Assembly (NCBI RefSeq): GCF_004010195.1
Contig: NC_057749.1
Coordinates: 15,309,726 to 15,373,725 of the forward strand
Reading direction: 5' to 3'
Source of the DNA: Chiloscyllium plagiosum
Taxonomy: Eukaryota
DNA length: 64,000 nucleotides
Part shown: one piece after another, positions 48,099 through 59,849 of the stretch
Numbering within the stretch: position 1 is the first letter of the stretch
How the letters are laid out: each line of letters begins with the position of its first letter
Program-made: the position numbers and the translations under genes
Notes under the pieces: generated by a model
Database searches by the model: none
Seen by the model: only the letters and a program-made list of their open reading frames with translations
What the model was told of the DNA's origin: nothing

Positions 48099-50809
48099 GG
48101 ACAGATATAAGATCACATATGTCCAATGTTGTTCTACAACCAAGTCTTGACACACAAGATGGCAAGAAGTGGACACCAACCAGTATTAAAATTCCTTCAA
48201 GTTTCCGGAAAGATACTGTGATTAACAAAAAGGGAATAATACCACAACCTCTTCCATATAGAATACCAGCAAGAAAGACTATTAAGAATTCTCTGTCAGA
48301 CGATGATCTGCTTTATGATGACACATTGTCTTCACCAATTCAAAATATTGTATCTTCAGCAAAGTCAATAAATGCTAACAGAGACACGACCAGGTTTGCA
48401 CCGAAACCTCAGGACTCTCACAGTGCAACGAAGGAAGCTATCGTTCAGCACAAGTTGTTTCCAGAAAAGATTGACAGGGAGAGTAAAGTGCCTTTGGCCA
48501 AGGCAGTGCATATTACAGATATGGCCACACACAAATCCAAAATAATAGTCGAGGAGTCAGACTCTTATGATAAAGGAGATGTTTCACGTCATGAAGAGAA
48601 GGAACTTAAGTCTCAAGGTTTGAATGAATCACCTCAACCTTTTAGTGAGGAGCAAGATTGTGATTTTAACAGGAGGTCTACAGAAACAACCAGTGAGCAG
48701 GAGTATGAGGCTGAGGTACCGAAGGAAGTGATAGAAGTCAAAAGTACTCCAAAAGACTTGGAAATCAAAGTAGACATCAGTAATGTGGGGCCACCTATTA
48801 CTCCGGATGGATACATCTGTACTACAGACCAAGAGGAAAGTGCAGAAATTACAAAGTATTTTCCGATAGAAAAGAACAAAGAGGAATCTATGCTGGAAAC
48901 TGGAGAAGAGATCTGGATGAAAACGAATGCAGGGAAGTCAGAGGATAACCGTGGAGTTGCTATCTATGAACATGATGAAAGTTTGGCAAATAATATTAGA
49001 ACTGGGGATATCATTCAAACAGACATAAAATCCACTAATTTGACAAAACTGAATGTTTCACCCGAACCTGACATCAGTTATCATATTGAGGAGAAAGAAG
49101 TGTTGGATGATGGCAAAACCAAAAGAGAAATTATCATTCAGTCAAGAAAAGAAGAAATTGTTGAAGTGGGAGATGAGTCAACTCTGAAAGAAATGTTGAA
49201 TGTGGATGCCAAAAGTCCAGAGCTTCAAGTGAAAGGGGCTTTGGAACATTTAACAGGGTCAAAGACTGAGAACCTTATGGATGGACTTCTCAGCCTAGGG
49301 TTTAAAGGAAGACAAGTTCCAGGGAAAGTATCTGTAAGTGTTGAGATGGGGGAGCAAACCTTGGAACATTTTGAAGAAACTGATGATTTTCCTACAACTG
49401 CAGACACGTTTCCACTGTCTTTAGGAGCAGAGGACATTGATTATGAAGGAAAGGATGGCAGATATGAAGAAGTCTTAAATATTACAATGACTGCTGCAGA
49501 CTTTAGGAAAACAATGCTATCAAATACTGAACTGCTACTGCAGAGCTCACCTGACATTTTATCTTCAAATGAAAAAGCACATGAAATCACTAAGGAAAAA
49601 ACAGAATCGTTTGGAACCAAACTAACAGAAATGGGGTTGCATTCTCCTCAAGCCAGCGCAGATTCAGAAAATGTTAAACAAATTACAGACACACAGCAAG
49701 ATACCTTGTCGAAAGAACTGTCTTCACCATGTCTGATAGAGGAATCGATTAGAGTTCCTCAAGATGTTCAGGCATCCATTGTTGAGCTACTGACTGAGGA
49801 AATGGAGGATCCTAAACTTAAGCTGAAAGGAGCTTTGCAGCAGTTGAAAGAGGCTGTACCAGAAAGTCTGAGGGATGAGCTTTCAGTCCTCACTAGAGAT
49901 TCCCAAGACCCATCTGACAACATATCAGTTAATATTAAAAATGTCCAACAATCTTCTCAGAGCGGCGTTGTCACTATTGAGGCTGAGGTAAATGTTTCTC
50001 AAAGCCTTGACCCAGAGGATTTCTATTCAATGGACATTGAAGATGAAGAAAACACAGATGACATAGGGTCAAGATTAATTAACGTCACCACTCAGGAGAA
50101 AATACAGGAACTACTGAGTGCAAAAGGTCTTAAAACAGTTGATACTTCGCACAACAATGATGGAATCCAAATAAAGGTCAGAGGTATTAACCAGGAACCT
50201 GTGTCTTTGCCAGAAATCAGTATGAGAGATGAGACTGACACTGATGAATACAGAAGTTCTCAATATCAAACAGGTGATCTAACTGTTGGTGAAGTGTGTC
50301 AGTCAAGTGAAATTGAAGGTGATTGGTTTGATCAAAGTACTTTCTTCCAAAAGGGAATAGGTAAGATTGACAGAGAAGAATTCTTTCATGGAGTTTTGGA
50401 TCCAGAAAATTCATCAGAAACCTTTCAAATGAATGCAAACCGAGTTATGTCAGTACAGACGAGTGGGGGTGACAGTGGGAGAGGTATGACATTCATAACT
50501 CAGCAGCATGAAATTTCTGAAGGAATGGATGAAAGGAGACTTGAGGGTAATGTGTATTGGTATGAAGAATGGGAATCTGAGAATAGAGACGGCAATGAAG
50601 TGAGTGTTACTGGTGCAGGTGAAGAAGATCTACAAACTTCTGATCCAGAACTAATGCAATATGCAGTTTCTCCAAATGTCCTGGCAAAGCCCAGGATTGG
50701 TGCACCTGGAGGTAACACACATGTGGTCTACAGTGAACAGAAAGTTGTTGTTACGCACTTTGATGAGGGTCAGTACGATGAACCGCCTCTATATGATGAT
50801 GAACTGTAA
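48099..50809 (+). CDS. SYNM: Synemin exon 4 (long acidic tail domain, to stop)
   Basis: Acceptor ttgtttcaacag|GG is in frame with ORF 48119..50809; synemin-tail blocks LGFKGRQ and VPESLRDELSVLTR...VTIEAEVNVSQ recalled from tetrapod synemin; TAA at 50807-50809. Confidence 0.9.
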
Positions 50810-52359
50810 ACAGCATTCAAAAAAATGGATTATGCCTTTGAAATGGAACCTAGCTAATACAGGCACAGTTAGAGAATAGCTGACATCAAGCAGCGATTAT
50901 GCAGTCGCAATGGAATCAGATGCTTTAATGCTTTGATAAAACACTGCTTGAAACTTACCTGCTGCATAACCCCACGTCTGTGCTTTAAAAGAAATACATT
51001 TGTGACACATTTATTATCTGAGACCTCACAATGTCACAGAAATCATTATCAAATGAAACAATGATTTTAAAAAAATGCACAAACAAAATTGTTTCTGTTG
51101 ACTAATTTTATAGAAAAGATTGATTGAAAATAGTAGCAGAGGACTGTTGGCTATGCAGTAGTTTTATTTGAGGCTTCTGTGTACAGATATAGACAGTTAA
51201 AAGGTCTTAAAATACTTTTGCGTGGATTTGATGTGTAATAGTTGAGTCTAGGCTACATTTATGGAGTATTTTCCTGTAAACAGCTCTAAGTTAAATTGTT
51301 ATGTTCTACAGCTTAACTTTTCCATTATTAAATTTAACATTTCTTTAGGTTATTATGACCTCTCCATGACTCTGTTTGAACCACTGAATATTTCCAGCAT
51401 TTTCTGTTTTGAGTTTCCAGCACTTGCAATAGTTTGTTTTTGCGTCAAGACCCCATCATCAATGTTACAGTAAGAAACCTATCCAGACGCCAGCTTCACT
51501 ACTGAAACAGGAAATTAAACATTTAATAATTTAATAGATAAAATGAGAAAAATATAAACACATATTTGGCCAGTTTCACCATTTTTCTAAGTTTTGTTTA
51601 GACTTTTATTCCTAATGAATGGCACGTGAATATCATCATAACAAACGTCCAGTTTCCATCACGTTTTTAGCATTAAACATCTGATAGTGTTAAAGTGTCG
51701 ATCAGAAGGCAGCATTGCAGGGCAAGATGCAGTGTATGTACTAGCAAGAGCCTGATCAAAACTCAGGAAGTAACTTAAAAGATATTTACAAGGATTCAAA
51801 ATATCATCTGGTTCCTAGTTACAGAGTTCAATTATTCTTAACTGTCAATGAGAAAATAAATTGAGTACAATCAGAAAGTATTTAGAATATCAAAAGATTC
51901 TCCATGTTTCATGCCTTATTTCCTGTGGATTTAATGTTCATATTGTTTTAATTTGCAAAAGCTAAAAAACGTCTTTACTTTTTGATCAATGACTCCTCTG
52001 GACAACTCCCAAAAAAATGCATTTGGAACATTTGAACATTACTGGTAATTTAAGTTTCCTGCTTTCTTTCAACTCCCTTAAGCGTAGAAATATAATATAC
52101 GATTGTATCAACAGCACTCACATAATCCCGCAGTAGCCCACCTAGTATAGAATTATTATAGGAAAATTTAGTTTGGATATCAATAAGAATCAAGACTACT
52201 CAACAGTCTAGTTTTTTATGCTTTAATCAGTAACGTATTAGGAGGGTCAGACTTGTCAAGTGTTTGGATTGAAAGCTTGTTATGGAGAAGAGGGAATCAA
52301 TGGTGCACGTGTTACAAGATTACATGAACCATATTTATGTAAAGGTTGTGAAGAATGAA

Positions 52360-52770
52360 AACTATGCATTTATTCAGCACATTATATGATTTTCAAGATA
52401 TTCCCAAGCATTTTACAGTCAATGAAGTGCTTTTGAAGAGTTGCAGGCAATGTGGCAACCAATGTGTGTACCACCAGTAGTGTGGTAATGACCACCCAAT
52501 CAGCTTTGTAGGTCATACTATTTGAGGGATTAAAAAATGGTCAGGAGCATGTGGAGAATTCTTCTGCTCTCCTTTCAAATAGTATCATGGAATTTTTAGT
52601 TTACTTTTACTGACATAACAGTCAATGCCTTGGTTCTGTGCCTCATCTGAGAGACTGTGTCTCTGACAATGTAGCACATCCTCAATATCGTACTGGGAGT
52701 GTCAGCTTAAATTTTGTGCTCAACTCCCTGCATGGAATTTGAACTCTCAGCCTTTTGACTCAAAACACTA
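52360..52770 (-). mobile_element. Deu-domain SINE, decayed
   Basis: aagca.ttacagtcaatgaagtgcttttgaag...ttcaaatagtatcatggaat...cctcatctgagagac...tttgaactc. Confidence 0.55.
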
Positions 52771-53404
52771 ATGTGGTGCTGTGATGTAGATGCACCCCAT
52801 GAATAAGTAGCTTTCCAAAAATTACCATGAAAGTTCATACATGGGAACAGTACGAGATAACAACTGGTGCTATGGAGACATACTCCCTGATATAAGTCAT
52901 AACTTTTATGGAGGGAAGGACTGGGAAAACTGGCCAAGAATCTCTCAATAACATTGGGTCAATTGCTGATGACACACTTACTCATGCTTTACTGACAAAA
53001 AGCAGTGATTTCCTTTCCTTCTCCAGAATTGGTTTATGCTGGATAAATAAGACTTCTGTTTCTGATGTTAAAGTTGGTAGACTGCAAGTTGATTAGCGTG
53101 TGGGGTAGCAAGACACATACCTATGTTGATATATTTGAGAGAGAGTGCAGATTGCTAAGAGTATTTGGGATAAAATATTTCTGGTTCTTTTGAGACAAGG
53201 TTCAACATGGAGCTAATGAAGGTTTCTGAGTAGCTTAGCTGAAGGTGATAATTTAGAACTGTCTACGTGTTACAGCCAGTTACTCTCTGGCTAGAAACTT
53301 TGCAGTTGTTTTCTGTATTCTTTGTAAAATTTAATTTGGCAGTAAAACACTTTTTTCAAATGCTTGGATCCATGTTTTAATTTAATTATCATTTGGTAGT
53401 TTTG

Positions 53405-53885
53405 AATTTGAGTTTTGCTGATTCAAATCTCTTCATCTTGCCCTCATCAGGACAATTCACAAGAGTACCAATTTAAGGGAAAACCAACAATTTATATTGT
53501 GCTACAGAAAATTATTGATATGTTGGCAAGTGGACCCTGATTAATAGAAATGTTACCATGGAGTGTGCACACTTACTGATGATTGATATTTAACTGCGTG
53601 GATATCCTTAGATTCAAAACCAGACAGGTTGACTATGATTGCTCAAGACATTGCCTGGTGACATGAACCATTGAATGGCTGTCACCTATTTTGTTGAGTT
53701 TAAACTGGGATAAAGTGTGTACATGTTCTTTCTCTCTGCAAAGAACAGGGCCCTTTCTGTTAATATATATGTGACTTCCAATTCATGTAAATGTGGCACA
53801 ATGCAGACCAAATGACGGTGCTAAATTGTCCTGATGAGTGCAAAATAAAAAGCTTCTAAAATATGTTTTTCAGCAAAATTTAAAT
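53405..53885. mobile_element. Third Penelope-like family with inverted termini and decayed hammerhead core
   Basis: ctcatcaggacaat (53443-53456) is inverted relative to attgtcCTGATGAgtgc...aaaagcttc (53825-53856); outer ttttgctga / tcagcaaaa. Confidence 0.5.
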
Positions 53886-54214
53886 GTTATTGCATTACAC
53901 AAACATGTAATAATACAAAGATATTAAATGGTTTTCATTGGTTCAGTGTCTACACTTCCCAGATAGAGGCAATGGACTTTCCCTATGAAATAATTCTGGT
54001 CATGTTTCTACTAAACCAAAACTGCCCCAAATCTGGCACTACATAATCAATCTAACTCAAAAGAATATTGGGATGATTGGCATGGAAATTGAAAAGATAT
54101 TGACTGACACAGTAAGTATTGTTTTGGGAAGTTGAACTGAGAGAAAAGGGGGTTGACTTCACAGTTAACCATGCTGTCCATGGCTCAGCAGTGCTTGTTG
54201 CACTGGAGTTAGAA

Positions 54215-54492
54215 TTAGAATCACTAGTGTGGAGGCAGGCCATTCAGCCCATCAAATCCACATTGCTCCTCTGAAGAGCATCCCAACCACATGCACCCTA
54301 TCCCTGTAACCCACATTTCCCATGCATAATCCACCTAGCCTGCACATCTTTGGAAAGAAACTGGAGCACCCGGAGGATACCATGCAGATAGGGGGAGAGT
54401 GTGCAAACTCCAAACAGGCAGTCACACAAGGCTGGAATCAAACCCAGGTCCCTGGCACTGTGAGGCAGCAGTGCTAACCACTGAACCACGAT
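54215..54492 (-). mobile_element. HE1-like V-SINE
   Basis: Reverse-complement copy with V-domain and tRNA head. Confidence 0.85.
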
Positions 54493-56120
54493 GCTATAAG
54501 GAATTTGCTAATCTCTTTAGATAACTTCGAGGAGAGATTGGGAGAACCCCAAGTCTACATGCCTGAAATGGGAAGCGTTTCATTGCTAAGACTTGCCTGG
54601 AATCACAGTAATGTTTAGGTGTAAACAAATGGCTCATTAAAGTTTGTTTGTAAGGTCCACTATGCACCACTGCTTCACTAAAAGATCATGATTGAATATT
54701 AATGATACACCAGAAAATGTGTCTGCGCCAGAGGTTATGTATAGCACTTCTTCATCCAATGGTTATGCTCCAGTATAAATTAACATTACAGACATAATAG
54801 TTTCTAAACATCGCAAACCTACATAACTCTCATTTGAAAGGTACCTGCTGTTCCCTGAACTTGTCTGTACAGTAAGAATTTGTATGAGGGATTCTGATGA
54901 TGCAGAGGACAAAGGAGACCTGGGTTTTGGTTTCACCTGCTCCAGAGGTGTGTAATGACATATCTGACTGGGTTGAGAGAAAATATGTAAGAAGTTGTAT
55001 GATGTTATAATCTAGAATGTAGAAAAGTTCCCTCACCAATCCCGAATTTGGGTAATTTCACTTGTGCAAAGTAAGCAGGTAAGAATTTCCCAGATTATTG
55101 AATAAAATCACATCTCTTTATTTAATCAATCAACTGCATATTCCCAGACTTTAAGTTGTACATTTCAATAAAACAAACTCTAATAACAATTACTTTTGAT
55201 TAAGGACACCCATCAATTGCAAACAAAGACCTAAACTGGAGAATGTATGTATGATTCATTCGAGGATAATTGGAGCTGGGTCCTAAGAGTGAGGGTGGAA
55301 TTCAGAAACTTTAGGGTGAGGTGGGGAAGGAGGGGATGAAAGCATTGGAGAGCTCATAGGAAAGGCTGGTGAGGAAGGGCATTTAGAAGTTTGGAAATGT
55401 GTACCGCGAACAGGATGTCTGATTGCAGAGCAGTGCCTCAGGTAACCGTGCTGTATCCCCAGGAGGTAAGTGAGGAGCTCGCTTCCTGGATCCAGCTGAC
55501 TACACCTGGGTTAGGCTGCTGAGGTTCTCCAAGGCTCAGGGGCCTAGCCATTTTTAGTTTCACAACATCACTATATAATATAAAAACTCAAACTACAGAT
55601 TGATCAACCCACACATTCACTGCCTCTGTAAAGGCAAACAATTGTTGGGGTCGGGATGGAGGAGCTGCAGGCAGCTTCAGACATCCAATGGTTTTAGGAA
55701 AATAGGAACAGGAGGTGGCCACTCAGCCCATCATCCTTTCCCATCATTCAACATGAACATGGCTGATCAAACCTTTGACCCACACTATTCTTGGAACTCT
55801 GCATGCCACTTAATGTTTTAACATTTCTATTTGTGGACGTCTACAGACCGTGAATATAGTAACATCACTAAGAAAGTCAATCATCATTGGCAATCACTTA
55901 CTAACAAATACGATTGTCCACTGGAAATTCCATGTCACTGGTCATAGGCTCTGTGAGTCCTTATGTGACCAATGTGCTGATCCTAGAACCAAAGATGTGC
56001 TGGTGAGGTGACTGAAATTGGTAAACGTCCTCATAGTGTCGAGGGATGTGCAGGTTAGGTGGATCAGCCATGGGGAATGTAGGGAGAGGGTCCAGGCTGG
56101 CTAGGATGCTCTTCGGAGGG

Positions 56121-56812
56121 ATAAAATCACACAACACCAGGTTATAGTCCAACAGATTTATTTGGAAGCACTAGCTTTTGAAGCACTGCTGCTTCATCAG
56201 GTGGTTGTGGAGGAGGATCATGAGACAGAATTTATGGCAAAAGGTTACAGTGTCATGCAATTGAAATGATATATTGAACAAACCTCGATTGTTGTTAAGT
56301 CTTTCATCTTTTAGAATGGGGTTGCAGGTTTCGATTCATTAACATGTAAATCCCAGAACTTCTTTCAAGTCACATTCTCAAGATAACTTAAGGTTTTATA
56401 AAAAAAAAGTGACATCTCAGCTCAGACAAGGCATTAATTATATTGCAGACAAAATGCACAGTCTGCAGTCAGTCAATGCAGGCAGTTGATCCATGCAAAT
56501 ATTTTGTAAATTCCACTTCGGAAATAGAACCAATCTGACTCAAGACTGGGATACAGAATGACTCTAACCTCACACCTTTAAGGCATTGTCTGAGCTGAGA
56601 TGTCAGCATTTTTTTACAAAACCTTAAGTTATCTCGAGAATGTGACTTGAAAGAAGTTCTGGGATTTACATACTATTCTCCACAACCACCTGATGAAGGA
56701 GCAGCGCTCCGAAAGCTAGTGTTTCCAAATAAACCTGTTGGACTATAACCTGGTGTTGTGTGATTTTTAACTTTGTCCACCCCAGTCGAAGACTGGCTCC
56801 TCCACAACATGG
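56121..56812. mobile_element. P1 Penelope-derived element with nested inverted repeats
   Basis: Terminal arms 56122-56212 and 56678-56768; internal arms about 56344-56435 and 56583-56671; TSD cttcggaggg at 56111-56120 and 56813-56822; inserted in an HE1-like tail. Confidence 0.85.
56687..56721 (+). ncRNA. Minimal type I hammerhead ribozyme motif
   Basis: CAC-CTGATGA-A-GGAGC-agc-GCTCC-GAAA-GCTA-GTG: helix I CAC/GTG, conserved core, 5-bp helix II, palindromic AGCU in place of helix III, CUA cleavage triplet. Confidence 0.7.
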
Positions 56813-57951
56813 CTTCGGAGGGTTGGATTGGACTTGATTGGCTGAATGGCTTTTTTCCACACGATAGGGTTTCTATGATATATTTACGATTCTATAGAGT
56901 TGAATCTCTGTTCGCACGTCTGGCAACTGTTTACCAGAAGGTGGAAGGTGGTCCTTGGACTTGAGATCATTGGCATTCCTTTCTCAGCTTCTTTTTGCTG
57001 ATGGGTGTTCTTGGGAGAACAGAAAATGAATAGGAAATTCAGAAAAAACCTTGTTACTCAGAGTGGTGAGCATGTGGAATTTGCTACTGCAGGGACTCAC
57101 GGAGATGAACAGCAAGGCTGCATTTTCAGGTTGCTGGATTAGGTTCGGGGGTGGTTGGAGAGGAAGGATAAGTGCTTTGCTTGATGACGTTTGAATGGAG
57201 GAAAGCTTCAGCGAAGGACGAGCTCTGGCACAGTCTGGTTGTGCTGTACATTCTCCGTAATTTATGCAGCCACAAGCTGCGAACTGCATAACTTCATTCA
57301 CTACATTGTGCACATTATTTGGCAAAGTTAAAATGAAAAGTAGAAGCCTGTAGTAAAAGTATTAGCAACCTGCTCCATAACATGTGGCTTATATTTCATC
57401 AATTCCCATTCATCATTGAGAGCCAGCTACTGACATCTGGTTTTGTCTTCAACAACAATTTGATCTGAATTCCAACATATAACTTCCCGCTTAAAATATG
57501 GTTATCGACCACAGTTAAAGCTGGTTCACATTCTTTTTAATGTGACACTTCAAGTTCTACGTTGACCTCATAGATATAATAAATCACAGTAAAGGTTTGA
57601 AAAAATGCCGTTCGAAGTAATATTATACTTTCAGCACCCTAACATAAAATGTCCCAGGAATGCTTCTCTGGAGAGTTATGAGAGAACATTTGATATTGAA
57701 ACAAAGATAAGGATGGGGAATAAAAGTTTGGTCAAGGAGGTAACTTTTAGGGAGTGTCTTAAAGAAGATATACGTAGAGAGGCAGAGAGTTTTAGTGAGG
57801 GTAGGTTCCAGAGCTTAGGATCAAGGCAGCTGACAGTGTAGCCACCAACGGTCAAAGCAATCGCATCAAGGTTGTTTTGGAGGGAGATAACTGTGGGCCA
57901 GAACGCTGAGCATCATCCGAGCATTTTCAGGCACCATTCCACGGACATCAG

Positions 57952-58078
57952 TCAAGAATAGATATTGGCTTTGGTCCCTCCTGACATGGTGTGTTTTGGT
58001 ACCACAGCACAGAATACAGGTCTCTGTTTTAAATGATCTGCTCCTCTCTTCACTTCTTCTGCAGCCACCTCCGGAGAC
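57952..58078 (-). CDS. TTC23: Terminal coding exon of a convergent gene, probably TTC23
   Basis: Strong acceptor TTATTCTTTGTATTTTCCAACAG|G then SPEVAAEEVKRGADHLKQRPVFCAVVPKHTMSGGTKANIYS*. This resembles the recalled TTC23 C-terminus (P.VA...FC..IP..T) and fits the tail-to-tail SYNM-TTC23 synteny. No upstream exons were found in the window. Confidence 0.6.
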
Positions 58079-58129
58079 CTGTTGGAAAATACAAAGAATA
58101 ATAAATGTTTTCATGATACATTACCAAAA

Positions 58130-59335
58130 TAGACAATAGGTGCAGGAGTAGGCCATTCTGCCCTTCGAGCCTGCACCACCATTCAATATGATCATGGCTG
58201 ATCATCCTTAATCAGTATCCTCTTCCTGCCTTATTTCCATTACCCTTGATTCCACTATCCTTGAGAGCTCTATCCAACTCTTTCTTAAATGAATCCAGAG
58301 ACTGGGCCTCCACTGCCCTCTGGGGCAGAGCATTCCACACAGCCACACTCTCTGCTCATCTCTGTCCTAAATGGTCTACCCCGTATTTTTAAGCTGTGTC
58401 CTCTGGTTCGGCACTCACCCATCAGCGGAAACATGTTTCCTGCCTCCAGAGTGTCAAATCCTTTAATAATCTTATATGCCTCAATCGGATCCTCTCTCAA
58501 TCTTCTAAACTCAAGGCTATACAAGCCCAGTCGCTCCAGTCTTTCAGCGTAAGGTAGTCCCGCCATTCCAGGAATTGACCTCGTGAACCTACGCTGCACT
58601 CCCTCAATAGCCAGAATGTCTTTCCTCAAATTTGGAGACCAGAACTACACACAATACTCCAGATGTGGTCTCACCAGGGCCCTGTACAGCTGCAGAAGAA
58701 CCTCTTTGCTTCTATACTCAATCCCTCTTGTTATGAAGGCCAGCATGCTATTAGCCTTCTTCACTACCTGCTGTACCTGCATGCTTACCTTCATTGACTG
58801 GTGTACAAGAACACCCAGATCTCTTTGTACTGCCCCTTTACCGAAATTGATTCCATTTAGGTAGTAATCTGCCTTCCTGTTCTTGCCACCAAAGTGGATA
58901 ACCATACATATATCCACATTAAACTGCATCTGCCATGCATCTGACCACTCACCTAACCTGTCCAGGTCACCCTGTAATCTCCTAACATCCTCCTCACATT
59001 TTACCCTGCCACCCAACTTAGTATCATCAGCAAATTTGCTAATGTTATTACTAATACCATCTTCTATATTATTAATATATATTGTAAAAAGCTGTGGTCC
59101 CAGCACTGATCCCGGAGGTATCCCACTGGTCACTGCCTGCCATTCCGAAATGGAGCCGTTTATCACTACTCTTTCTTTTCTATCAGCCAACCAACTTTCA
59201 ATCCAAGTTAGTACTTTGCCCCCAATACCATGCGCCCTAATTTTGCTCACTAACCTCCTATGTGGGACTTTATCAAAAGCTTTCTGAAAGTCCAGGTACA
59301 CTACATCTACTGGATCGCCCTCGTCCATCTTCAGA
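58130..59335 (-). mobile_element. Young CR1-clade LINE, RT domain and 3' end
   Basis: ORF 58645..59328 VDVVYLDFQKAFDKVPH...GSVLGPQLF...SKFADDTKL...LYRALVRPHLEYCV, continued by ORF 58285..58629. Confidence 0.92.
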
Positions 59336-59849
59336 GTTAGAATAAGTCAGAAAGCCACGTCAAAATGCCATGGAGAGGTTATTTATTTCCAGTACAGTTG
59401 CTGAGCTGTAGGATCATGGAAATTACGAGGTGTAGGTCATTTGGTCCCTTAGGTTTGCCCAATCATGCATCTAGATCATGGGGGTGATTTCTGCCATTTT
59501 CATATTCAATCCCTTGATACCTTTAACATCTAGAAATCTATCGATCTTTCTCATGAATGTTCTCGATGACTGAGCCTCCACAGCCTACTGGGGTAAAGAA
59601 ATCCAAAGCTACACCCTCCAGTGAGTGAATAAGATCCTCTTTGTCTCAGTCCTTAATGGTCTATCTCTTACTTAGAGAATGTGCGCCCTGATTTCAGACC
59701 ACCCCACACTCTTCACTGTCCTCATTTGAACACGTGACAATAAAGATCATTTGTTCAACCTTCCAACATCCAAACTATTAAGCCCTTGGAAGAATTACAT
59801 AGCTTTCCTTCATTCTTCCAAACTTCAGAAAGCACAAGCCCAGACTCCC

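Noticed and set aside
50795..50809. C-terminal DDEL resembling a KDEL ER-retrieval signal
   Set aside because: There is no signal peptide and intermediate filament proteins are cytosolic; this is likely chance in an acidic tail.
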